Source: Priapulus caudatus
Taxonomy: Eukaryota
Assembly (NCBI RefSeq): GCF_000485595.1
Contig: NW_014577062.1
Coordinates: 1,012,012 to 1,076,011 of the forward strand
Direction of reading: 5' to 3'
Length of the DNA stretch: 64,000 bases
How positions within the stretch are numbered: position 1 is the stretch's first letter; every line of letters starts with the position of its first letter. The position numbers were made by a program, and so were the translations under genes. The notes below the pieces were generated by a model. It saw nothing but the letters and a program-made list of their open reading frames with translations, was not told the origin of the DNA and made no database searches. Below are positions 41,901-54,591 of this stretch, piece after piece.

Positions 41901-44900
41901 GTTGCACAAGTACATAAGACACTATGTCTATTCCTCCATAGGTAAGCACAATCAAGATAACTGTTAACCTTTCTAATCCAAACAAGGTCTAGCCACAGCC
42001 TGGTTAAAGACTACATTGTGTAAGACCTTAGTTAACAACAATCATGCCACCCTTACAGTGCACACATGTTGATTTGGCCTATATGTACCTATCTTGATAG
42101 TATAGTAGCAATTAAGTTGGAGATGGCCAAGTCCACAATCCGAGATTACACCAGCCCAACTGGGCTATCCCTGTTCAAGGCAATGTATAAGATCGCATAT
42201 GAGTTACATAAGCTAACTAAAATAGAACGCTCTGCATCTGGCATCTGGCATGGTAGCATCTGGGGCTATGGCAGACCACCTACCATACAATACGGCCCTC
42301 CGTCCAGTATACAGAAACTAAGTCTAGCCAGAGTGGCTACTAGCTAATAACCATGCAATCGATGGTATATATATACCCATACGTATACTCCTGACACAGA
42401 CCAGACATACACTGATCGCACACAGAAATCGTATCGTATTGCTCGAACAATTAATGACAGAAAGCTAGTATAGAAGGTGGTTACTCCTTACACTCAATTT
42501 CACATAAATATCAATGCTGTATCGTAGTGACATCTGGTGGACAATAAAAGTGAAAATAGCTTTGATGTGCAACGAAGCACACATTAGCCAGCCGTTTGCC
42601 ACTCAATAATAGAAATCACTGCCAGACACAAGAAATGACACAATTATGTACGCATCTGCGTCATAACAAAATTGTAACGTCTTCATATCTATCTCTCTCC
42701 TTCTCTGTGTACAACATCATTTGTATCGTTCCATAACTTTACTGGAATCACGGCACACGGAGCGTCAAACGAAACTAACATTTTGAGTCTCGGAACGTGA
42801 TTAGTGACTTAACTATTCCAGTCATTACACTACATGAGAAGTTGATACAACATAAACACTATATAAACACATGCTTACAAACTAACACAAACACTCGCCT
42901 TTTCAGTCGTACTTACCGAGTCCCTGTCCTTCTACTCCTGATCCCAATTTTACACAGCTCCATTCCCCTTGTCTCCTACAGTCGAAGTGAGCTTTGCGCG
43001 CGAATCCGGGAGCTCATTCCCGCCCGCGACAATCACGTGCTGCCACCTATCGACAAGAAGCATACCCGATTCCCAACCGGTTACACATACTTGCCAACTG
43101 TTACCTCAGTATGGATACTCCTCCTTATTAGCTCATCTGACGTAGTCAGGTGCAGCTTGTAGAATCGCATGATTGTTCGTCTGTCCGTCCGGCCGTCCGT
43201 GCGTCCGTCAACAGTTGGGCACAAATCTTAACCGCTCGACGTACGTTCACGATATTCGGGACGGCGGGGGGGGGGGGTAATCCAAAACGAGTTGGGATGT
43301 TGAAGCTGGGGGTCAAAGGTCAAAGGTCAAGAGGTGTAAAAAAAGGGGGAACATTCCCTCCTTAACTTAAGGTATACGAAGAAATGGCAGAATTGCGGCA
43401 CAAATCTAAATGGCTCGACCTAGGCTTGTGATAGTCGGTGTATAGCATCATGGTAGGAAAAGCCATCACTGTGCCGAGTCTGGCGGAGCGATTGAAAAAC
43501 TTTTTTGTTTTAGCGGTGACCTACCATTTTCATGGCTTTATTGAAAGAACCGTGAAATGTACTTTCCGCTGACATGCGAAGAGTAAGTGTCGGATAATCT
43601 TTTGACCCTCAAGAGGAGGGTTAAACATTGATTTGTTGACTGTTAACAAAGGACTGAACTGCTTTTGCTATTATTAGAGCCCATACCTGTGTGAATGTGA
43701 GGCTACAGTTGTACACTTTAATTGCAAAGGCAAATGTTTGTTGAACAAGGTTTACGCTACTTAAATCATATTATTTTCTAAAGCAGTCTGTCTATAGCAC
43801 CCTGAAGTCTGAATCAGTTAATGCTCGTGTGGGTAGGCAAAAACACGGGGCAGCCCATGGCTGGCACGCTTCTAATCATAATTGTTGCCTGCCAACCTGC
43901 AATGCACATGTGTCTGCAATGCATAGAGATTAGGTGGGTGCGAAAGTGTAGCTGATATATTTGTTCCAATTGGCTACGAAAGTCAAACAAGAATAAAGAA
44001 GACTTATGTATAAGACGTCTTGCTATGCACAAATGAATTTATCAGCAGAACACCAGGCACCGGATGAGCCCTGTCGCACTGCGGCACTTGTTAGTATTAC
44101 CTCCGTGTAATACTAATAACCATTAACATCTGTTGTCTTTTTTTTATGTTGAAGCTGGTAGAGAGTATTAGAGCAACCTTGCAAGCATGGTCGCCTTTGG
44201 TAAACAATGAGGAAATTCAGGTGAGCAGTTAGAGGTTTTCAAATTTGGTACGTGTTACTATAAATGATAACACAAATTCGGGTTATATCATCTCTTTGCA
44301 GGAATAATAATAAAAAATATAGACAGCCCTGTTGTGATATATGTTACAGGCACAGACTACTGTGCAGGCCTGCCACGGCACATACATAGAAAAAGTGTCA
44401 GATGCAGAACGTAGTCAACTGAAATTGACAGGTAATGAGACATTTCTTCTTGCTTATTTATATAGCACACAATCTATTATCCGAAACCCTTGGGACTAGA
44501 CACGTTTCGGAATTCGGAATTTTCCAGATTTCGGAATGGTAGTACAGTACAGATATATACATACCGTATATTCTGCAACTAGCAAGGATTAAAACCCATG
44601 TTTTCAAGAGGCCAAGTGCTGTGCCAGTACACTGCAATATTTATGATTAATGCCAAACATTAATATTTCTGCAGTGAGTCTTGTACAGCCAAACGCGAGC
44701 TTTGGTGTGCAATCGACCTACACGAAAAACTTTCGGTTTTCAGAGCTTTCCGGTGTTCAGAATTACGGTTAATAGATTATTTACTGTACTTCATGCAGAC
44801 AAATTTAAAGGCTGATAGCATATATACAAATTGTTGCATACATTATTTTAGTGCAATGTGATGAGCTGTTGTGATGACCTGAGCATTTCTTGAGTTTTTT

Positions 44901-47096
44901 ACTATTGTGTAATGGGAAGCACTTGCATATATATGTGTAATAAATTTTGTTGCACATAGTTCAATATGCTATCACCATACTTTGTTGCAGTTAAACTATT
45001 CATGACACAATGGGACCCAGAAGCAATTAAAGAAGGTGTTAAACGAAGTAAGTGTATGGTTTATGTGTTGTATATCATTCGCCAGTGTTTATACATTACA
45101 AGGTAGTGATGCTTCTTGCATCCATACATCCATGTGCGGTGACCACATATTGCGGGGAGGTAGAGCACAATTCGTTAAATTCCTGCTGATATTGTCTTTT
45201 ACCATAGAATTTCATTAACTATTTAAAAGCATAGATTCACACACTGAAACATGTCTGCCGTATCTGTGATTTAATTAGTTCATCACCTGCTATTTTGATT
45301 TCATGTGATCTGTGTATCACTTAATGTTTTATTAAAAGCTGTATGTTCCCACCTTTCCTCCTCCCCGTGATGCTTAACACAGAAACACACGCTTTCACTC
45401 TCTGTCACTCGTACACTCGGTAGCTTTCCCATCTTCCCGAACGGTCTTGCCCTGTTCTCACTTCTCAGTAGCCACAGCTTCCCCCCTTGGTGTGACCCTC
45501 ACGCTCTCGCATCTTGCCGCTGCAACCCCCTGCGTGCTCAGGCGTGCCTCTCTGCTGACTGCTGACTGTGTTTGCAGCGCTCTGTGAGCTGGGCGTGTCT
45601 CAGCTGGATGTGCTCATCCTCGCGTGTCCGGACACGCCCGACGACGAGATGTCGCTCGATCTCATCAAGCCGCTGTGGCTCATACTCGAGGGCATGGTCG
45701 AACAGCGCCTCCTACTGTCGCTCGGCATCGCCGACCTGCAGAAGGAAACACTCGAGCAGCTTTACAACTGGGCGAAGGTGCGACAATTAGGCGGTTCATA
45801 GTAGTCGGGACATGGTAACAGAGGGCGCTATACTCGGTTAATTGCTGTTGGCGGTCGACGACAATTACTGTAAGCTGATATCGATGGCACTAGTGATTGG
45901 AAGCAAATTGTGGTACAGAAATAGCCCGTGTTAAGACGGTAATGCATTCCGGAAAGGATGTTAGCATCACGAAATTTGGTGACCTGAATCACACAGGAAA
46001 GGGAGTTTTTGTTTGAAAAACCCTGTTTATTTCTTTGAAGAATTACATAACGCGAGTTTACGTTTCGTATCGCAATAAAAATGGTCATAACTTACGTGTG
46101 TGCGAATTTACGTAAGTCTTAGTTATCGCAATGGGGGGGGGGGGTATAACAAAATTTGGCATGGTCTTCACATGTACGTTGAATGATACGTGTTCTAGTC
46201 GAGGCCACATTACTGCTGCCTCCTGCATCTGCAATCGATCATCTGCCAGAATCTGCTGTTTTCAGGTGAAGCCAAACATTGATCACTGGAACTCGGTGTT
46301 GTGCTGCGTGATGCCTGAGGACCTAGTTGCGTTTGCCAAGCAACATGACATTCAGCTGCTGTCGCACAGTGATGAGAGAAGTACGCGCGCTCGATTAACC
46401 AAGCATACACATTGATACTGATGCATCAGACACTGAAATGCTTTTCTTGGTCTAATATGATGTTCACACGATTGTTTCTCCTAAGGCTAAGCAGTTATCT
46501 CTTTATGTTGCATACGTTTCTGCCTACAATTCAATGTTTAAGCGATTGCATCGTGTTGCAGGTATTCTAGCTAAATTTAATGTTTATGCCGTCACATTTT
46601 ATCACGGGTATTTTGCCTCTGCTGTGATCGTCAGTGTTAAAGTGACCTCTTGGTGTTGCAGTTATTTTGCTTATAATGTTTATAGGATTATTATTCCTAA
46701 GTTATTGCTTGATAGGGTGGAAATTTTTCTTGTAATATGATCCATAGGGTCATTATTACTAAGTGATCGCTTTTTGTTGCAGATACCTTGTTTGTATTTA
46801 ATATAATGTCTGTAGAATTATTATTCCTAAGCAGTCAGTTTTATGTTGCAGATATTTTGCCTGTATTTAATAGAATGATGCAATGTTCCTACGATACGAT
46901 TGGTTGTCCTGATTTGTTGCTTGGTGTTGCAGACATTCTGCTGTCGGAATCGCTGCAAGCAGTCGTCAGCTCTACGTGCAGTGATCAGGCAGGCGAGCGA
47001 TGGCAGACGCACTGGGTCTTGCGCTATGCTCTGATTGTGCGCTCGCGCGGTATTCTCACGTCCAAGGGCTACATCGTCAAGGCTACACGATCCTAG
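23985..47096 (+). CDS. GCLM: Glutamate-cysteine ligase modifier (regulatory) subunit, 7 exons, 269 aa
   Basis: Exons 23985-24110, 44155-44220, 44350-44431, 44991-45047, 45578-45777, 46266-46380, 46933-47096; all GT-AG, phases consistent, 810 nt. Motifs HTGNIASWSRL, LKLTVKLF, LGVSQLDVLIL, LEQLYNWAKVKP, CCVMPEDLVAFAKQHDIQLLSHSD, WVLRYALIVRSRGILTSKGY. Confidence 0.95.
24155..24306. repeat. About 41-bp minisatellite, about 4 units
   Basis: CACGACCGTCG(T/G)GTACCGAGTGATG(A/G)AAATGGC... repeated. Confidence 0.9.
24307..25680. repeat. Polypurine then polypyrimidine degenerate minisatellite in inverted arrangement
   Basis: GGAGAAGCTGGTGGAG-type units to about 24728, then the reverse complement CTCCACCAGCTTCTCC to 25680; contains an N; noisy. 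Confidence 0.9.
25797..26528 (+). mobile_element. HINE-like element, 5'-truncated copy
   Basis: (GTCC)n, GGTCAAAGGTCAA motifs, 3' end CAGATGAGCCC...CTGCGGCTCTTGTT; 25800-26350 aligns by eye with 43183-43680. Confidence 0.75.
27366..27969 (-). mobile_element. HINE-like element
   Basis: Ends in GAC-rich microsatellite and AGAGCTCACCAGGAGAGCTAAAAAA, the same architecture as 7054-8059; left boundary uncertain. Confidence 0.55.
29004..29468. mobile_element. hAT-like MITE (5-bp TSD) containing a nested MITE at 29237-29407
   Basis: TIR CAGGCCCGTAGCCAG / CTGGCTACGGGCCTG, TSD TATTA; inner CAGGGGCGTGTACAGG / CCTGTACACGCCCCTG flanked by CCAAG/CCGAG. Confidence 0.85.
29486..30402 (-). mobile_element. 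HINE-like element with internal tandem units of about 130 bp and a long hairpin (29522-29642)
   Basis: GGTCAAGGTCAA-type repeats, terminal hairpin GTATCCC...GGGGATAC, GACA microsatellite remnant. Confidence 0.6.
35341..35470. repeat. 27-bp minisatellite, about 5 units
   Basis: CTGCCGTGTCACTTATACTACAACATA repeated. Confidence 0.95.
37373..37562. mobile_element. Palindromic MITE with an internal (TTAGGG)3 run
   Basis: GTGGCTATAT...ATATAGCCAC arms; GGCACGGTCTTCGATTTC / GAAATCGAAGACCGTGCC; GGGTTAGGGTTAGGGTTAGG at about 37486-37505. Confidence 0.75.
39606..39648 (-). promoter_or_regulatory. -1 programmed ribosomal frameshift signal gag/pol
   Basis: G GGA AAC heptamer (39648-39642) in the correct phase just before the gag TAG, 6-nt spacer, then stem CTGGCACCA/TGGTGTCAG; the protease ORF is in the -1 frame. 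Confidence 0.8.
40444..41259. mobile_element. Non-autonomous TIR element (hAT-like termini, 5-bp TSD) inserted in gag
   Basis: CAGGGAATAATTT / AAATTGTTCCCTG; CCTCC on both sides; excising it plus one TSD restores gag (GQPSVEEFILG). Confidence 0.88.
41615..43087 (-). mobile_element. Putative 5' LTR of the Gypsy element (right boundary uncertain)
   Basis: CA end at 41616-41615 just before the PBS; minus-strand AATAAA at 41707-41702; possible TG start near 43087; no second LTR for confirmation. Confidence 0.4.
43124..44092 (+). mobile_element. HINE-like element, apparently full length
   Basis: 5' TTATTAGCTCATCTG plus hairpin plus (GTCC)n; 3' GATGAGCCC...CTGCGGCACTTGTT (subterminal inverted repeat GCTCATC/GATGAGC). 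Confidence 0.75.
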
Positions 47097-48329
47097 ACAT
47101 GCATAGCTGCCCAGTGTTGCTGCTATCATGGTCCGTTCTTGGCACTGCCATGTTACCCCGTTATGGTGATGCTGAATAAGAAGCATCGTGCATTTATCAA
47201 GAGTTTTGATTATATAGAGAAATTTTGTATAACCATGAGAAATATACGTTGTCTTTCAGTAAGCCGCTTGCAATTGCTATTACACACAATAATGTTCGTA
47301 TCAATGTCATTTCTGTCATGGTGTATGTTTAATATATGCTATTGGATAGTTGGAGTAATCCTGAAGCAGTGAACGTAATTGAATTAAAATGCATTCTGCC
47401 ATAGCCAGTATGACTTATTAAATAGTGTGACATTCATGTTTGACCAGAAAAATGTCAGGTTGAATAGCATAAAGTATACTGATATTGGGATCAATATTTG
47501 AAGCTTAAATTACCTGGAAGATGCTAGAGCTATGCTAAATGTTACTGCATTTACTGTGTTGTACGTTTATAGTTATTTTCTGTTCAATAGATCTCTATTT
47601 TCAATACAATCACCTACAGAAACCTGTTGAGAAGCTGTCTATAATACATTAATGGCTGAATCCTTAAAGTTGACACGTGTTACACTTTTACATTTTATTT
47701 CTGTTATACACTTTGTTGAATTATATATAAATAGTTATTTTGAAATAGCAGCATTTTGTGTCTGCTTTTGCATAAATTTATAATCTCCCATTTTTAATCC
47801 AATTTCTGAGTCGTATATGAGTAACATATGTCAGTGTCCTAAGGAAGTGTATATCATCTGTGATGTGGGACATCTGTATAATTTGACAGCGTGTATACAC
47901 TTGTTAATGTCAGGTCTGCAATGCGAAAGGTTTCCATGTCACATTGATGTCTTTTGTTATCCTGTAAGTGTCATTGTGTTCAGTTAGGGAACCGTACATT
48001 GCAGATACTGATGATTTTAAAATGTCTTATGAAATTATTTGTGCAGGTGGTAATACTGCAAATATTTACAGGCTAGTAACTAACATGCTACTGTGGTCTC
48101 ACTTGTTTGTTGTGATTTGAGTAATTTCTTATCGTTCCCTTGTCCATATGTTTGTTTATGTCACATAGTAGGTGGTGGGTGGAAAAAACGAAGATTATCG
48201 CTACATGATTTGTTTTGTTTTATTCAATAGAATAATATATTGTTACTTATTATTATGGAGTGCATATTAACATGCTTACAGAGTTGTGTCATTCAAATTG
48301 CAAGCAGGGTGTGTTTTTAATGATTTATG

Positions 48330-48790
48330 CAGCAGCAGGATTTGTGGTTGTAGCAATAGCTGCAGCAGTCGTGGTTGCAGCAACAGCAGCAGCAGTCATA
48401 GTTGCAACATGCAACAGCAGAAGCAGTCGTAGTTGCAGCAACAGCAGCAGCAACAGTCGTAGTTGCAGCAACAGCAGCAGCAACAGCAGCAGCAACAGTC
48501 GTAGTTGCAGCAACAACAGGCAGCACAACAGTCGTAGTTGCAGCAACAACGAGCAGGCATGCAGTCGTAAGTTGCACAACAAACAGGCAGCAGCAGTCGT
48601 AGTTGCAGCATATGAGCACTAGTAACAAATAACCAGGCAGCCAGCAGCCGTCAGAAGGCAGTAACATTCACCAATCCAGTCAGCAGCGAGCCGTAGACGC
48701 AGTAGCAACCAACCCACCACCAACGACCAGCAGCAGCAGCAAGCAGCTAGCACGCGCGACACCGAACCGACCAGCAGCAGTAGCACTCGC
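48330..48790. repeat. CAG/CAA-rich minisatellite (CAGTCGTAGTTGCAGCAA units)
   Basis: Direct reading; the same array recurs at 61290-61590. Confidence 0.9.
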
Positions 48791-51700
48791 AATGACAGTC
48801 TTCTCTGCGTCAGCGTGATAATGAAAAAAATCGCAAGCAAACACTCGTCGTCAACTTCCCTGCACCATAATTTCCTCTCGGCACGTTCTAAAGTGACAAG
48901 ACCGCCTTTTTCCATGCAAAATTTGAGGCAAACAATCCCCTACATTCGCCCACCTCGAAAATCGAACCGGGGCGCCATGGTGGCTTTGCGGCGGATACTT
49001 ATCTGCAGGTGTACACGTTCGCCAAAATTATCAGAATAATCACACTTACTCGGTAGAGGAAGTGTCGCCGTAGGAACAGACGCCCACTTATCGAGCGGCT
49101 CGTGGCAGTCTCGCTCGACTTCTATCGAAGTGATGTTAAGCACATGCCATAGCCGTTATCGTGCGCTTCTCTTATACTTTCAGGCCATCGCAGTGGCGCA
49201 CTGTGGGCGTGTTTCGCTCGGTGCATACCACAGCCCAATTATTTCGGCGTATTGGCGCAAAGCACAACGAATGCGCGCACGAATTCACCGCGGCTGAGTT
49301 CATGATTAGCTTGTAACAGAAAGCGGCCTTTCACTTTCACTTCGCGAAATGCCCCCGTGCGCGGAAGAACATTCGGCGCTACGTCCGCATTTGTGTCAGG
49401 GCAGGTCGTCTGGTAAAGCGCGGATCGAGAAGGAAGTATCTCCGGAGAGATATGGAGTAAAGACGCAGTCTGTCGCCAAGGTATCCTGACGACTGTTTTA
49501 GTTACCAGCAAACCGGAGAATACAAGGCAAGCCTCTAAGCTACTATACGCTGAAAGGTGCTTCGCAACGTCCAGCACGTCATAAGGTAAGCCTTTGCTGA
49601 TTACTTGTGACTCATTAATTAAATTCACTGCATGCGCAGGTTATTGGTGAATGCAATACATTCCGTTCATTTAGCGTTTCGCACTGTATATTCCCACCAA
49701 CCATCCAGTCATTTGTACGAAGTGAGCAGGCGGATAATTCATCTGACGTTACTTACTGCACTAGGGTCTGCCAGTTGTTTAACTAAACCGGTAAGCCTAG
49801 ACATAGATTATGGACGTATTTAAGGGCAAAGTTTATCCCCACCATGTTCCTGATCAACTCTTACCTCGGCGGAAACTTTCACTAAGAAGGCAGCCTCAAC
49901 TATCAACGGCCATATTTCAGCGCATATCATCTCGTGATCGACCATGTTTAGTTTGTATTTTTTAAGTTTTACCCAAACAACGACATAAATCGCCCTGCGC
50001 AACTGCTTGACGCGACGTACGTGGTTTGCTAATTGCTCGTTTAATGGCGCTTGCGCCACTTGGCGAAAGAAAACACATATTCCTTTACTTGGCCGGGTGA
50101 TTTTTGTCGGCTTTCGAAAACGTCGATAAATCTGCATCAGCAAGAGGTGCAAGTACTCGTGGGGCGCCAGCCTCTTAGCAGGTGAATGCCCGGTCGTGAA
50201 CAGTTTGCGCAATGTTAGCGCGCCAATGACTGGCATAGAGTTTTGTTTTCGCGCATTGTAGCCCAAAAATTATTGAAAGCAAAGCAAAATGCGTCCCACG
50301 GAGCCTCGTGACAGCGCCCAAACAAGATGGCACCAGCGCGAATGCCAGCAGCAAGGGGAGTCAGTCGTGGTATGCAAGAGAGTGCTGCACGACGCCCCGG
50401 CAGGATGCTTGGGCCGGGTTCATACACGGCGGCATTGGCTCGCTGGCCTTCCATTCAAGTTCGCTCCGGCAAGGGACACCACGAACGCGGAAAGAGTGGA
50501 GCCGCCGATTCAACAGCGGCTATTGATCACAACTGCGTGAGAGTAGGCTGCTACATAGTTGGTGGTGGCTGACGGCGCGCGACACGGCCTGGTAACGATG
50601 ATGCTGGTGGTATGCCATATACGTAGCAAAGAGGCCGCACGCGTTTAGCAGTGCTGTGCGGAAGTTAACGGACGCTATCAGTGTTGGTGACTTGATTCGG
50701 AAAGGATAGCGGGACATAATGGCTTTCTTCACTACGTTCAGGCCGGTCCGACTCGCAACTGACTAGCCATCGGTTGTAGATATGCGGATCAATGTACATT
50801 GTGGCCACGATTGACGGGCACAACCCGCCAGTCCTAATTCGATCATGAATGCGAAAGGAAATTGCTCGAATCTTGTTGGTAATATTGTCAAAATATAAAA
50901 AGTAAACTCCGTCTCTTTTCTGGGTCTGTACTATATGTGTATAAAAATGTTTAGTCAGCCCCATACATCAATGCAGATAATGCATGGCGGTAAATGCAAT
51001 CATTTCAATTCAATATCGCGTTTAATTGAAGAAATTATTCAACCTGTTACCCTTGATTGCAAATGTGTGAGGTTAAAGCCATTTCAATATAACCCAATCG
51101 TAAAAATAATATGACCGGCAAGCGATGCTTATACCCTCATTATCTCTCGCATCGCTAAACAAAACCGCGTGATGAATCTCAACAACATGAATCTCGAGAA
51201 ATGTTAAACTATATAGGCCTACAGCTGTTTCATAAATTTTAACCATGTATCACTATATATATATATAGAGGGAACGCGTCATTAAAACTAAAAATTATTA
51301 GATTGAGCAGCGAACCAACGAATAGCAACAGTTATAGTTTTCTTTCCTTCGTGACTGGCTGGGCACGGTGCTTTACTGTCTGCATGCGCGACACACCAAC
51401 CAACGTGTCCTCGTGGGCGTCCTGCGTTAATCACAGTTGAAGTGATCGACCGGTAAGTGTTGCGAGTGGTGTCTATCACAGGAGCGGAAGGAAAACCGCA
51501 CAAGCCGCGCCCGCTGGCTATTGACACCGGGAAAGAGTCGACCGTCACTTGATCGCGGCACGAGGGTATACACCGCAGATGAGCCCGGCGCAGTGAATTG
51601 GAGCGCGGCTTTTTCGTGCGCTTGACTGGTTGCTAATTATATCAAGAGCACCCGACAACTTTCAACCTATCAATGGCGACAGCTCGGTGCGGGGCGCGAA

Positions 51701-52270
51701 AAACAGTCGGAAATGCTACGATGAACACGCGATACAACTGTCATTACGGACGGCGCCGATTGCTGCGTGTAAAGCGTAACCTGCCTCCCGGCGACCGACC
51801 CGCCGCTGCAATGAACCGCACACAACGAAAGGTCCGGTCTCACCGCGACGAGCAGGGATAAGGGGCAGTGCGGTATCAGCAATTGCCGGAGAAGCTCCCG
51901 TTGAATCGAACTTTGCCGTTTTCATCGCTCTGTTTGGAGTGAACCATATTCAGTGTACTCCCATGGTCACTTTACCACCTCCCGTAACGGTCATGTTATA
52001 CAAAACAACCGCGTGGGCTGGCCTACATACAGGCGTTTGTACGTTTAGTACTAACACGGGCGTGAGTGTGTATGTACATGCAGGAGGCATTCAAACGAGG
52101 CGATATCATGAACATATATATACATAATAAGTTAACTGATGTTATAAGCGTGCAGGAGGGGGGGGGGGGGGGCGCGAAGTGTAGAGCGTACTATTCAGCC
52201 TGCCGGCGTATATCTCTCTCTCTCACTATATATATATATACAGTCAAGACAATAATAGAGTACATACTAG
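48790..52270. repeat. Multi-kb repeat block copy A (unclassified)
   Basis: 48790-51430 is collinear with 61590-64000; 51265-52270 is collinear with 53710-54601; part recurs inverted at about 57060-57440. Confidence 0.85.
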
Positions 52271-52282
52271 TGTGTGTGTGTG

Positions 52283-52336
<54 letters not shown>

Positions 52337-53156
52337 GTGGTGTGCCGTTTGTGTGTGGTGATGTGTTGTTGATGGTGGTAGTGTGGGTGTTGTGGTGTGT
52401 GGTGTGTGGTAGCGTGGTGTGGTGGTGCGTGTGTCGTGGTGGGTGTGTGCGTGTGTGTTGTGTGTGCGGTGGTGTGGTGTGCGTGTGTGTGTGTGTGTGT
52501 TGTGTGTGTGTGGTGGTGGGTGTGTGTTGGTGTGCGTGTTTTCGGTGTGTGGTGTGTGGTTGTGTGGAAGGTGTGTGTGTGAGTGTACATGTGTGATGGA
52601 GTGGGTGTGTGTTGTGTGTGCGTGTGAGTGTGTGTGTGCGTGTGTGCGTGTGTGTGTGCGTGTGTGTGCGTGTGATGTGGTGTGCGTGTGTGTGTGTTGT
52701 GTGTGTGTGTGGTGTAGTGTTTGTGTGTGTGTGCCTGCGTGTGTGTGTGTGTATTTGTGGGTATTTGTTGTGTGTGTGTGAGTGTGTGCGTGTGGTGTGT
52801 GTGTGTAGTGCTTGTGTAGTCGTGTGTTGTGTGTGTGTGTTTGTGTTGTGTGTTTTCGTGTGTGTGTGTGTGTGTGTGTGTGCTGTGTGTGGTGTGTGGT
52901 GTGTGGCGTGTTTGTGTGTGCGTGTGTACGTTTTGTTTGTTGTGTGTGTTGTGTGTGTGTGTTTGTGTGTGTGTGTGGTGCTTGTTGTGTGCTGTGGCGC
53001 GCGGCGCGAGTGTGTCGTGTGTGTGTGTGTTTTCTGTGTGTTTGTGTGTGTCGTGTGTGTGTGTTTTGTGTGTGTGTGTGCTGTGTGTGGTGTGGTGTGT
53101 GTGTGTGAGTNNNNNNNNNNNNNNNNNNNNNNNNNGTGTGTGTGTGTGTGTGTGTG

Positions 53157-53192
<36 letters not shown>
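52270..53192. repeat. Degenerate (TG)n with a 25-N gap at 53111-53135
   Basis: Direct reading. Confidence 0.95.
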
Positions 53193-53194
<2 letters not shown>

Positions 53195-53635
53195 TGTCTG
53201 CATGCCTACACACGCACGCAACGTGCATCCTTGATGCGGCCGCCACAGTTGTCTGCTGCTGCTGCTGCTGCTGCTGCTGATGATGCTGATGATGACGATT
53301 TTGTTGTCTGCTGCTGCTGTTGTTGTCTGCTGCTGCCGCGAGGAAACGTGAAATTTTGTTTTCTCTCTAACTTCGCTCACTTGTGAAATGTACGTGCGTC
53401 TACCGCGCACGGAATGGTGGGGAAAAATTGTACGCCGACCCGTTCGTAGCGTGAGCGCGTTAGAAATACAAGCACGAAGGTTTCGGCTTCTCCCTCACTC
53501 TTTACCTCCCTCTATCGCTCGCTCTCTCTCCCGCGCGCGCGCTCTCTCTCTCTTTTGCGCGCGCTCTCTCTCTCGCGCTCTCTCTTCCTCTCCATCTCCC
53601 TCTCCCTCCCTCTCTTTTTCTCGCGCTCTCTCTAG

Positions 53636-53685
<50 letters not shown>

Positions 53686-53713
<28 letters not shown>

Positions 53714-54591
53714 GGGAACGCGTATTAAAACTAAAATTATTAGATTGAGACGAACAACGATAGCAACAGTTATAGTTTTCTTTCCTTCGTGACTGGTGCA
53801 CGTGCTTTACTGTCTGCATGCGCGACACCACCAACAACTTCCTCGGTGCATCCTGCGTTAATCACAGTTAAGTGATCACCGGTAAGTGTTGCGAGTGGTG
53901 TCTATACAGAGCGGAAGGAAACCGCACAGCGCCCGCTGCTATTGAACCGGGAAGAGTCGACCGTCACGGATGCGCACGAGGGTATACACCGCAGATGAGC
54001 CCGGCCGTGAATGGACGGCTTTTTCGTGCGCTTGAACTGTTGCTAATTATTCAGCCCGACAACTTTCACTATCAATGGCGACGCTGTGCGGGAAAAACAG
54101 TCGGGAAATGCTCAATAAACACCGATAAACGTCATTACGCGCCCGTTGCTGCGTTAAAGCCGTACCCTGCTCCCGGCGACGCCGTGCAATGACACGCGCA
54201 CACACGAGTCCGGTCTCACCGCGACGAGCAGGATAAAGGGGAGGCGGTTCAGCATTGCCGGCGAACTCCTCGGTTGATGAACTTTCCGTTTCCATCGCAT
54301 CTGTTTGGATAACATATTATTATCATGGTCACTTTCACTTCCCGTAACGGTCATGTTTACAAAACAGCGCGTGGCTGCCCTATCAGCGTTTGTACGTTTA
54401 TACTACACGGGCGTGAGTGTGTATTACATGCAGGAGCATTATCAGGAGGATATCATGAAAATATATATACATATAAGTTACTGATGTTATACGTGCAGGA
54501 CGAGTGTAAGCGTACTATAGCTGCCGCGTAATATTCTCTCTCTCTCACTATATATATATATATATCAAGAGTAGGACCCTACATAATAAAG

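Noticed and set aside
48260..48667. Poly-Ala, poly-Cys and poly-Leu ORFs
   Set aside because: Translation of a CAG/CAA minisatellite in all frames.
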